A stretch of 64,000 bases of DNA. It comes from Azolla caroliniana. Its lineage: Eukaryota > Plantae > Polypodiophyta. Positions 1-11,591 of the stretch are shown here, piece by piece. The stretch lies in assembly GCA_043228905.1 (NCBI GenBank), contig JBHGNT010000005.1, positions 5,704,001-5,768,000 on the forward strand, given 5' to 3'. Under the pieces are notes generated by a model, which saw only the letters and a program-made list of their open reading frames with translations, did not search any database and was not told where the DNA came from. A program made the position numbers and the translations under genes. The number at the start of each line of letters is the position of its first letter. Position 1 is the stretch's first letter.

Positions 1-2267
1 GAAAGTTAGAAGATGTGCACCTAACACTTTCCGGTGAGAAATTGGCATTCGGGCAAGAAGAAATATTGGTAGTCGGACATCTATGTGGGCCCTACGGCCG
101 AAGACCGTCACCAACCAAGATCGACGCGATTCAAGCTATGAAAGAAGTATGCGAGTCACAATCCGAAGTCCGAAGGTTTCTTGGAGCATGTGCATTCTAC
201 CACATATGGATTCCGCACTATGCACATATTGGGAACCTACTCTATCACTTGTTGCGGAAGGGTAAGAAGTTTGAATGGAAACCAGAGCATACCAAAGTCG
301 TGAAGAAGCTCAAGAAATCACTACGGAGGGCAAAAGCACTAAAGAAGCCGAACTATGACCGACCGATCATAGTAACGGTTGACACAAGTCCAACCAAAAT
401 CGGATGGGTCATCAATCAAGCCGATCCGGATGGTTCGCAATATCCGATCCGATTTGGAGCAAAGGTTCTCAACGAAAGGCAACGCGGATATGCACAAGTT
501 AAAAGAGAATTATGGGGAGTCTTGTCGGCAATCAAATCGGATCGAGATTATTTGATCAGAGCCGAAGTAGTGATCGAAACGGATTGTCTTCCGATACTCA
601 GGATGATGCGGTGTTGCACGATACCGGATGTGGCTATGCTAAGATGGATTGCATATGTTAAGTCGCTTAATCCGGAGGTACAACACATCTCTGGAAAAGA
701 CAACGCGGTAGCGGATATGCTATCAAGGGCGCGGTTTGGAGATGACATAACCGAATCCGATAATGAAGAAGTTTCCGAAGACTACTTTGCTTCGGAGCAC
801 ATATACCGGGTGAACGTAATCTGAGAATTCCGGGAAGAACAATACGAGGGAGAAAGCTTGCTGATCGAGAAAGTGCTACAAGAAATCGAGGAATCATCGA
901 ACAATAAAGAAAAGAGAGCCGAGATCCGAAGTAAGAAGCGGCAAGTCCGAAAGTTCTTCTTGAAAAATGGATTAATATAGAGGGAGCCGAAAAGACCGGA
1001 TAGCATACCACTTCGGGTAGTCGGGACGAAAGAGCAACGAAACCGGATAATGTCCGAATTTCACGAATCCGATTGGGCTGGACATCGAGGAACATGGGCA
1101 ACTTTTGTGAAAATCAAACAAAAATATTGGTGGAAGAACATGTACAAAGATATAGCAGAGTTCACGGAAAGCTGCGAGAAGTGTCAAATCTACTCCGGAG
1201 TTCAATACCGAGATGAGTTACATCCGACATTCTCACCGACAATCAACTTCAAATGGATGGTCGATATTGTAGCCATGCCAACCGGGATCGGACAAAAGAA
1301 GTACTTGGTGTTAGCTCGGGAAGATCTCACAAACCAAGTAGAAGGTCAGGCACTACGGAGGAAAACATGTTCTGCGGTATGCCAATTCCTTTTGGAAGAA
1401 GTGTTTTGCAGGTACGGGTGCATAGGACAAGTGATTGCGGATCGGGGAGAACTCGACTCTGATAAAGGTATAGAATTCTTCACCAAACATGGAGTTCGGT
1501 TAACACTGACAACGGCATACAATCCGGAAGCCAACAGGAAGATCGAACGAGGACATAGTCCGATGGTCAAAGCACTTGCAAAGGCATGCGATGGAAGGGT
1601 GAAGGATTGGCTGCAGATGCTTCCGTATGCACTATGGGCGGATCGGACGACGCATAGCTCCGTAATCGGTTACATGCCGGCATAACTCATGACCTGACAA
1701 CCACCGGTAATGCCAACGGAAACCGCGATCGCGACATGGACAGTGCTACCATGGAAGGAAGAGATGAGCCAGGAAGAACTACTAGCAGTCCGGATATGAC
1801 AACTAGAGGGAAGACCGGAAGACATAGCGGAAGCAATACGCCAACAACAAGAAGCGTGATTCTGGAATAAAAGCCGGTTCGACACAAAGCACCGACTACG
1901 ACCGTGGAAGATTGAAGAAGGAGATTGGGTGATTGTCTACGACAGTAGTTTGGATCATCAACATACAACGATGCGGAAGTTCGCGAAAAGGTGGTTCGGG
2001 CCATACGAGGTTCGGAAAGTTTTCGACAACGGAACTTACCGACTATGCGAGTTGGATGGAACGATGCTACGAGTGCCTATAGCCGGGAAACGGGTGAAGA
2101 TTTTCAAGAAGCGGACTGATGAAGAACCCTATGTGATCCTAGACAAGACCGACAACAAGGAGCAATTGGACGAAGATCGCGATGATGCGGAAAGCGAAGA
2201 AAGTGGATTACAACTCATAGTCGACTTAAGGGGAGAATCGGAGGAAGTTTCGGATGAAGGTGAATAG
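1..2267 (+). mobile_element. Ty3/gypsy LTR retrotransposon pol, 3' part (RT end, RNase H, integrase), pseudogenised; runs off the left edge
   Basis: ORFs 15-824, 1050-1685 and 1929-2267 are in one frame. RT/RNaseH motifs (VRRFLG, TVDTS, ETDC, NAVADMLSR), integrase HHCC (H..GH..C..C), core (IADRG, ERGH) and GPY motif (WFGPY). Several in-frame stops. No chromodomain; acidic tail. Confidence 0.93.
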
Positions 2268-2323
2268 CAAGCATCGGGGACTTCGGCACATACCGGAGGA
2301 TGTGCGGGTTCGGAGGGGGCGAA

Positions 2324-2947
2324 TGTCGTAGTGTGAATCACACACTACGTGAAATATGTAAAATACTATATCCGATTTAAAGTACGTATAATAAATAAAA
2401 TAAAATATTAAAAGTATTTATTACGTGCATAGGGCAAGATTCAAACCCTATACCTCCACATAGACAAACCCCAACCTTACCATTGTACTAACTTATCTGA
2501 AGTGTTCTAAATATAGATTTAATACGTATAAGACCTTTATTTACGCCTACCTTTATTAAAAGGTAAGTCATGCATTTTTTAGAATGCGCGAATACTTTAT
2601 TTATAAGAAAAATGTACACCAATAAAAAATGACTCGTGCACATCTAGCGAGCATAAGTATTATATTTAGGAAATAAAAGCATATTGTAAAAAGGCAACTC
2701 ATGCACATTTAGTGTGCATGAACACTTTAGAAAAAGCATGAAGCTATGCTTAGCCTCTTCCATCCTTATCTAAGGAGGAGAGAAAGATGTATGGGGGGTC
2801 ATTGATTATTTTACAAGGGTCGATTAATATAATATAATCGTGGGATTCACGAATTTGCTAACTATTTTTCTCCCTTCATCTAAGTACTCACTAATACACT
2901 ATACTCGTGGGATTCACGAGTTTTTCATATCTTTCTTTCTGACAACA
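2324..2947 (+). mobile_element. Probable 3' LTR of the gypsy element (right end uncertain)
   Basis: Purine tract GGAGGGGGCGAA (2312-2323) follows the pol stop, then TGTCGTAG. A candidate end ...CTGACAACA lies at 2947. The partner LTR is outside the window. Confidence 0.6.
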
Positions 2948-3639
2948 TATTTCATATTCTTCATTGCCTTAGAATTTTCTTTTCTCCTAGTCCAAAACCT
3001 CAGTGGTTCTCACCCGACTCACGCAAACGATCTGGCGCCGAAAGGCACGACACCGACACATCGGCAACAGACCCAACACGGGAGTCCACCCACACACACA
3101 CACGGGCGTCACACACCAAGCACAAAAACACAAAGGGAGAGCCTCTTATGGAAGCGCTCGGGCTGTCCACGAAGCAGAGGCGACGATCTCCCAAAACCCG
3201 CAGAGAATGACCACCGAAGGAGTAGAGAGAGAGCTCGGTACACGGTCCGACAGCACTTCGTCCTCGCTAAAGCACTTCTCTTCTTCATTATATAGGTCGT
3301 TGGGGAGAGTCCGTTCTTCTTCACTCACAGTCACATTACTTTATTCTTTGTCCCTTCAGACAGAGATACGCATCTATTTCCTAATAAATGTGTCGCACCT
3401 AGTATATTTACATCAGCCGCCTAGAGATAATTATGTACAAGTCATCAATTCACATGCCCACACATGGAAGGGCCAGTTCGTGCACGGTTTCTCTCGTTTC
3501 CTCCTAGGGACGGTTTTCTCCACAACAACGGGCATGAGTGACCATGTGCGGTTCTCACCAGAGGCTGGCACACCAACGGGTGTGAGCATACCATGTGCGG
3601 TCCTCACCGGCAACCGGGACACTTGACGTCGATGAAGGC

Positions 3640-4270
3640 TAGGAAAAGTAGTGTTGATGACGACACCAAGAGGTGTTGAAGATGATGATGTCGAAGACCA
3701 AGCAATGAAGACAATGATGTTGAGGAAGCATCTCTAGAAGCAATGATTGTGACTATGGCAATGATGGAAACTAAGAAATGGATGAAGAGGATAAGAAACA
3801 CAGAGATCGAGAAGTTGAGGATAAAAAGAAACACAAAGATAGAGAGATAGAGATATAAGGGATGATAGAAAACACAATGACAGGGACGAAGATTATAAGA
3901 AATACATAGATAGGGATGATGATGATAAGAAACACATAGATAGAGATGAAAACGGTAGGAAACACAAGGAGAAGGATGACAATGACAAAAAACGCAGAGA
4001 TAGGGATGTGGAAGATGATAAGAAGCGCAAAAGGTAGGGATGATGATTATAAGAAACACAGAGATAGATATGTAAAGGATGAGAAGAAACTAAAAAACAG
4101 AGACGATGATGAGGAGAAACTAAAAGACAATGGCAACGATGAGAAGAAACTATGAGATAGAGATGGCGAGGAAGATAGGAAACGAAGGGATGTTGATGAC
4201 GGTAAGTCTGGAATCAAGGATGGTGACAATGGTAACTCTAGAAGCAAGGACAATGATGAAGATGGGTGAT
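3640..4270 (+). repeat. Degenerate purine-rich minisatellite (GATGATGATAAGAAACACAGAGATAG-like units) inside an LTR element
   Basis: Recurrent GAAACACAGAGATAG and GATGATGA motifs; translates as D/E/K/R-rich low complexity with stops. Confidence 0.7.
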
Positions 4271-4573
4271 GCTTCTAATTGGAAGGGATTCAAAATGTCA
4301 CGGACACACCAACCCCAGACTACGACAAAGCACAGATGGCGAGGCTATGATTGATAAGGTTACGAACGTGGAACTAGACGTGATGAGGCTAGAAACTCGG
4401 GAAGTTGGGAGCGACGAGATGAGGAACTTAAGACGCTAGGAACAATACAAGAGCATAAAGACAAAGATGTACATCAAGGAGAGAAGATGGGGCTAAAAAA
4501 GAATACTAGATTGATGTGTCAATGACTGGCGTTGAATACTAGATTTGGGAAGGCGGCGTAGGAGGGGGGATAA

Positions 4574-4922
4574 TGTCAAGATTTGAACTCTTGACACGAC
4601 CATGTTATAATCTAGTATCATGGGTTAACCAATATATCTAGTACACAGTTATATATTAATTGGTCCTTATTGTTTTGCTAACATCATGTGCATAGTTGCT
4701 CCCTTGTAGTATTTACACTTGGCACATGCATGCATACCTACATGCTCTATTGTAGATTCACATGCATGCAACAAGTATGCATGCCATGTAGTATAAATAG
4801 AGGAGTTCACCTTGAAGGAATTCAAGGTGAACAACACTAGTTATGGAGTCTTTTCGTTAATACTACTCATCCATTTGTCTATCTTCTTTCTTGTCACTTG
4901 AGCTTATGATCTATCCGTGACA
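4574..4922 (+). mobile_element. 3' LTR (349 bp) of a second LTR retroelement
   Basis: PPT GGAGGGGGGATAA at 4561-4573, termini TGTCA...TGACA, TATA-like TATAAATAG near 4792. No pol is seen directly upstream. Confidence 0.75.
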
Positions 4923-5054
4923 GTAGTTAGCTATGTCAAAGGCTAATTAGCTATTAAGGTAGCTAATTAGCTACTCGCAATAGCTACTTAGCTACTCTTA
5001 ATAGCTAATTAGCTACTATGAGAGTATGATCATAGCTAATCAGCTACCACACTA

Positions 5055-5358
5055 TATCTAACTAGCTACATCAGGGCGCATATTTGCTACTCACTAGACT
5101 CCCTTTTTATTATGCAAGTTGATTTATTTATTAGGTTCAGGCGAATACATCCAAATATCAAAGTTCAACTATGAACATTGGAGTCTCTTAATCCACACTT
5201 TGTGAGTATCTAACTAGCTACATCAGGGCACATTTTTGCTACTCACTGGACTCCCTTTTTATTATGCAAGTTGATTTATTTATTAGGTTCAGGTGAATAC
5301 ATCCAAATATCAAAGTTCAACTATGAACATTGGAGTCTCTTAATCCACACTTTGTGAG
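5055..5358 (+). repeat. Tandem duplication, 2 x 152 bp
   Basis: 5055-5206 and 5207-5358 are near identical (TATCTAACTAGCTACATCAGGGC...CACACTTTGTGAG). Confidence 0.92.
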
Positions 5359-7145
5359 ACGCTTAAAGGATAGATACACATGTTGTTGCATTTACCATGT
5401 ACAAATGGGTTTTCTCAAGGACTATGTTAATCTACTATGTCACCATAGCTCCTCCCTAGAGGATGCAGTCTGCACTTGTGAGTGCCCAATTTGTCGATGT
5501 AGTTTGCAAGAGCATTGTAAATCATCAGAGCATGTTATCTCTTCCATGAGTGGTCTTTTAGATTCAATATTGTGTCCGAGAGAATCTGAGGCTATCTTCC
5601 ACAGTCATAAATGTGTCATGGGTTTATGTCAAGATTGTGGCCCTAGTAGATGTAGGTGATGTCCAAAAGAGTTGAGTAGTGAAATTTTAATTTCTGTCAA
5701 GTTATTTGAGTCTGTGGACACCAATTTCGAAGGAAAGGTGTGTAAAAGAAAGGATCTAGTTAGGAAGTCGCTTAAACCAAGGGATTTGGCGTCTCTATTT
5801 GTAGTATCTCTAGGAAAGTTCATTAAACACAACTTCATTTATTCATGGCAGGCCCATCAGTTTAAGACTTGCATATCTGATTTTCCAAATGATGTAGTAG
5901 TCTCAATAGTAGATTTCACAAAGAATTATACTTTCAAGCAGTAGAATGAATTCAATCCATGCATTGTTGTTCAGTGCAAGTAAACCATTTTTGTGCACAT
6001 AACATATTTTTGAGTTTCAAGTGATTTTAAGAAACTAATTCATTTTTTTATTCCTAACGATAAGAAGCATGATACCTTGTTTGTCCAACACCGTTTTAAG
6101 TTACATTGGCAATGGTTATTAAGTCAACGTTTGGAGCTTACTCAACATTGGGTCTGGTCTAACGGAGTTGCGTCACGATTCAAGGCTAGACGTCTATTTT
6201 ATTTTGTTGGCAGGTATCCTTCTGTAACAGGTTTCGAGATGAGATGCAATTTTTTTGGGTCTAGCCATGGTAAAGGTGAACATGATGGAGCAGGAACGGG
6301 CACTTACCCATGAACAACTAAAGGCGGATGGTGTGCATATGAATTGTGCAGCACATGTAGTCGAATTTTTAAGACCTAATATGTCAACGAGTGCAACTGG
6401 TGTTTATTCCTTGGATGTCCGAGACATCAAACGTGAATTTTACGAAGTGAAGATAGATGAAGTAAATAGGGAGAAGACCTAGGAGTGCCAAGGAATTCCT
6501 GAATTGAGATCTCTCCATGTTGTTTAGGGTTATTCTAGGTTGGATGGTCATTGTATTGCAATTAGAGAATTAACTTGTTTTTGCTTCCATTGTGTGCAGG
6601 GAAATTGGAGGTATTATTTAAATAGAGCATATATTCAGAATTGGGAGTACCATACATTGAATGATAAGGACCGAACGGATGCAAAAACAGAAAACAATGT
6701 TGACTTCACATATCAAGGCCGTGGAGATACTCTGAGTGATGTCATAAACGCTGGGGAAAATTTCGTTGTAAATGCAGAAGAAGACAATTCAGAGGGTGTT
6801 GGTTTCTATATATTGAAGTGCAAGGTTTGTAAACAATGGGCAACGCAGAATATTGTAGATGCTTGGGGAAATTTTGTATCTGTAGGGACATTCTACATCG
6901 AAGGTATTTTTTATGCAAGACTAGATGATTACGATTATGTGTATAGGCTTTTAGAAGACAAACCAGTAGCGTACATGTACTCTCATTTGGTCAGGTGCAT
7001 CAACGCCTCGATGTCGCAATACCATAGTTGCTCAGGTTTATACACAGTTACTTCTAATGTGTATGAACGTATTTACAATAGTATGCCATGGAATTTGTAT
7101 CTACAAGGAGATCATACCAATTTGCTTGTAAAGTGGACAAAGTAG
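5288..7145 (+). pseudogene. Sola2-like DDD transposase, frameshifted and with stops
   Basis: ORF pieces 5330-5659 (Cys-rich TCCCIYH, C..C), 5672-5944 (IVDFTKNYTF, cf. DFAENY), 6077-6313 (WVWSNG..SRFK, cf. WSDG..QFK; FFGSSHGKGEHDGAG), 6540-7145 (CFCFHC). Family assignment is from motif recall. Confidence 0.72.
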
Positions 7146-7164
7146 TTGTATTGCAAAAAAACAG

Positions 7165-7430
7165 TTTAATAAAATCATTTGGGAGTCTGTCTTCTTTCTT
7201 ATATACAATTTTCTTTCTGTTCTTGTTTGTTAATAAAATCATTTGGGAGTCTTTTTTTTTATATATACAGTCTTCTTTCTGTTCTTCTTTCTTAATAAAA
7301 TCATGTTTGTTTAATAAAATTGTGTGTCTTTTTTATATACAGTCTTCTTTGTGTTCTTCTATCTTAAAGAAAAGTTTAATAAAATCGTTTGGGAGTCTTC
7401 TTTTTGTTCTTGTTTCTTAATAAAATCGGT
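7165..7430 (+). repeat. Degenerate tandem repeat (TTAATAAAATCATTTGGGAGTCT...) between the convergent transposon genes
   Basis: TTAATAAAAT recurs about six times, with TATATACAGTCTTCTTT blocks between. Confidence 0.7.
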
Positions 7431-7732
7431 TGTTAAATGTGTATTGATTGTCAGTTTTACTTATTGCAACTTTCGGTTTTAGACTGTTCGATGTGCATAA
7501 TGACGATTATACTGTCTGGACTACATTTTGGCAATGGTTTTTTTACTCTCAAGTGAACCAGGTACAAGTTCAAACAGTTTGTCATTCTGAGAACAACCAG
7601 CAACATGAAATCAGAAATCAATGACCTATTTTAAAATTACACAGTAGATGATGTACTCAAAACAAACGATTTAATTCTTCATTGATTAATCTGTCATCAA
7701 ATTACATATTTATAATACACCATTAGCAATGT

Positions 7733-10700
7733 CTACAAGCTCCTATAAATAGCTAAGCTCTTGTTGGTCAGTGGAACTTCTCTACATATGTGATCTGCAT
7801 ACGAAGCTCGGTATGGTGTGCACAACCATGCAATTAGTTGGCAGCTCAATGTTTTCACCAAGTAGTTATCAAGCATTTCATCATGTACAATGAGACAGCA
7901 TCTGCGAAGGTTGTAGTGATGCTGGAAATGTTCTGTATCCACAAGCAACGTATTGTCGACATTATATTCGGGCCAGGTATGCCAAAAATAGAAAGTCTTT
8001 TGAATCTTGCAATATCCTGTTGTTCACATCTTTCTCGTGTCCACTAACCCTTGAAGTGTTGTCGCCATTTTGGGAAGAATCTTTCTACACACTTCCACAC
8101 ATCTGAACGTGGTTTTTCACTCCAAATAAACAAATAAAAGTATTGCACAACCCACTCTAGAAATTGATTTGCGTCCCTCCTTGGTGTCATATATCGCACA
8201 CTCATCAGGACTTTATCAAGCTCCAAGATCAAGGCTCTTCTTTCGTCTTCTAATGGTTTAGGTTTCCATTCCTGCAACTGAGCCTCTATTACACCAAGAA
8301 TTGGGCAATTTCAATCAACTCAAGTTCTGTCGACATAATTGGTGTCCTTTTCCTCTTCAAACCCCTGGTCGGCTATATCACTGGGTCTGACTTCACCTTG
8401 TTTTGCTCGTGTGCAGTCATTGGGCCTGGCTTCACACTGTTTTGCTCTTGTATAGTCGATTGTGTCATCAGTCCTGGCATTACCTATGTGCATGTACATA
8501 CTTTGGTCGATATCAGCCCACTAATATCACATGTTGCATCTACCTGCAAAATCAGATCATCTATGCAACATGCTTGATCTACTTGCGTGACCAGATCATT
8601 TGTGTCAGTTGCTACATCTACTTTCAAGATGGGGCCCTCTAAACACACAGCAACATCAACAATTTCCACACTGCCATCAGCCTTAGGAGCAATAGATTCA
8701 AACCCTTTAGACTCTGCACATCAAAAAACACCAACATATTCACACTCACAAAGTAGCTAACAGTCTCACTAAACAACATAATGAACATGAAATATTCTGC
8801 AACAAAATAATAATATTATCTTAAAATCCATCATAGAGTTCCATTACATAATGTGGATCAAGCAACAACCAATCTGAGGTTTTACTTGTCCAAATAGATC
8901 ATAGGCCATCTTCATAATTTACTAGGAAAATAGCTAATAGTCATATCCCACTAATCAGTAAGCGGTCACTATTGATACTGCATGATATTGCTACATCCTA
9001 GCTAATTAGCTACTAATTAGCTAAGTAAGATAATTAGCTATTCTTCCTAACTATGGTAGTAGCTAATTAGCTACCACTCTTGATACTGCTTAGCTAATTA
9101 GTTGTTGGACTATAGATTAACAGTAGCTAATTAGCTACATCTTAGCTAATTACCTATTCTACTTTAGTATGGTAGTAGCTAAATAGCTATTCTTCTTAAC
9201 TATGGCAATAGCTAATTAGCTATCACTCTTGATACTTCTTATCTAATTAACTACATCATAGCTAATTAGCTGCTAGACTATAGGTTGGCAGTAGTTAATT
9301 AGCTACATCTTAACTAATTAGTTATTCTACTTTAGTATGGTAGTGGCTAATTAGCTACATCTTAGCTAAATAGCTATTCTTCTTAACTATGGCAGTAGCT
9401 AAGTAGCTATCACTCTTGATACTGCTTAGCTATATAGCTATATCTTAGCTAAATAGTTATTCTTCTTAACTATGGCTAAATAGCTACATCATAGCTAATT
9501 AGCTATTTTACTTAAATATGTTAGTAGCTAATTAGCTACTACACTATACGCAGCAGCAACTAATTAGCTATTCTACTTAAGTATGGTAGTAGCTAAGTGG
9601 TAGCTAATTAGCTACTACACTATAGGCTGGCAGTAGCTAATTAGCTACCGCTTAGCTAATTAGCTACATCATAGCTAATTAGTTATTCTACTTAAATATG
9701 GTAGTAGTTAATTAGCTACATTGTAGCTAATTAGCTATTCTACTTAAGTATGGTAGTAGCTAATTAGCTACTACAATATAGGCTAGCAGTAGCTAATTAG
9801 CTATTCTACTTAACTATGGTAGTAGCTAATTAGCTAAGTGGTAGCTAATTAGCTACTGCCAACCTATAGGCTGGCAATAGCTAAATAGCTACCACTTAGC
9901 TAATTAGCTACATCTTAGCTAATACTGCACTATAGGCTAGCAATAGCTAATTAGCTATTCTACTTAAGTATGATAGTAGCTAATTAGCTACTACACTATA
10001 GGTTGGCAATAGCTAATTAGCTACCACTTAGCTAATTAGCTACATCTTAGCTAGACTATAGCTAATTAGCTAATGCGAGACCATAGATTTACAGTAGCTA
10101 ATTAGCTACATCTTGGCTAATTAGCTAATACCTAGGTTGTAGCTAATTAGCTACTACACTATTGAACCATAACAACTAAATAGCTACCACACTTTATACA
10201 ACTTAGCCAATTAGCTAAGATGTAACTAATTAGCTACTACACTATAGAGACAAGCAACAATTTTACCTGTCAGTTTTCTCCACTCATCTGGGAGAGTTGT
10301 ATTGCAATCCCCCAAACAGACTACAGCAATGTGACAGGCATGTTGAAAACAAACGATATGGTATGTGCATTGGCATGGTCGTAGGTGTACCAACAAAGTA
10401 GCAGTTTTGTCCTCTACGCCTAAGCCGCAAGCGATGCAATGTGCTTGAATAGTCAATATATCGTTGCCTGGTTCTCCTTCGTTTGGTAAGGGAGCAAGAA
10501 TGTTGAGGTCCAATTCTTGTCTACTCTCTTTATCATCCCCTCCACAAAATGTAGCTGCTTCTTAAGGTAGCTAACTACTTGTTCTTGACGGGAGTATTGT
10601 TCCTAGAATGTTGCCAAGCAATTACTGATTTATCATTCCTTAATGAGGAAGATAGAACAAGATACAAGAATCATTAACTTACTTAGAGGTTCTCCAAATT

Positions 10701-11591
10701 GTAATCAGCAACAGTATTTACAGTTAGAAGGTCCAGGTTCATTGAAAGAACCTAGATCTTTGTCTACAGTTGTACTTTCCGTTGGGGATCCAGCGGCCCC
10801 TCAATTTCGAGCTCATGTTGAGCAACCTATTCCAGATAATGTCTCACTACGCACATTTTCATGTACAAGTTATTTATAACATGCTACATACTAGCAAAAC
10901 AATAGCTACCTGAATCTTATTTCTGATTTTTGTCACTACCAAAGTGACTTTGCTCTCCATCGCAACAACCAATGTTGCTCTCTCTAAATCATACTTTGTT
11001 GTCTCGAATGTCTTACAAGCTTCATAGACATTTTTCAGCATATAGCTAATCAATGTCTCACCTGTATCATCGACATTGGCTTTCATTGTGTTTCGGTGTC
11101 GTGTATACTTCCGGGTTTGTTGGGAGTCAACAGTTGCATCATCAACTGCCATGCTCCAGAATCTTGCCATTTTTTGTTGCAAGATCCCCATCTTCCGGCA
11201 TCGTTCTACCGATGCCTCACCATAAATAGCCCAAGCTACCCTGTACATTTCAAGGTCTGTTGCTTCCTTCGTTGTTTTGCAATACTCATATGCAAAAGCT
11301 CTCGCGAATGCAACGGACAACTCGTTGTTAACCAGGATCTCTTGATGTACTTTATGGTGGAGCCTCATGCAGTCGTCATACAGCTCCGATTGTACATGCT
11401 TGAGCTTCATCTTGCCTTTCACTTTGGGCACTTTATAGACTGACAACCAGTCTACATCACTAATCAATTTATCTGTTAGAACAACAAGGTCAATACTCTC
11501 TAGCGACATACCATATATGTTGTTAAAGTCCTCTTTTGTCACGCAAAACTTTGCAAAGTTCAGCACTCTAGGATATGGAGGAACGAGCCAC
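7733..11591 (-). pseudogene. Spliced accessory gene of unknown function with a RING-like Cys/His domain, probably part of the transposon; 5' end upstream of 11591
   Basis: Minus-strand ORF pieces 10874-11608, 10226-10513, 8484-8669, 8044-8277 and 7733-7948. A GT-AG intron at 10266->8714 joins two of them in frame (…KLT-E-SKGFES…). Motif CIAC-x17-CQC-x2-H-x2-C-x10-C-x3-C. Confidence 0.55.
8930..10245. repeat. Palindromic satellite built on TAGCTAATTAGCTA
   Basis: Dozens of TAGCTAATTAGCTA copies or variants separated by recurring spacers (TTCTACTTAAGTATGGTAG, CATCT, CTACACTATAGGCTGGCAG). Confidence 0.95.

Noticed and set aside
2840-4354. Several ORFs of 60-207 aa
   Set aside because: Low-complexity or LTR-like sequence with no recognisable domain.
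8930-10245. CRISPR-like look (palindromic repeat plus spacers)
   Set aside because: Spacers are reused and of irregular length, the context is eukaryotic and there are no cas genes; it is a satellite.
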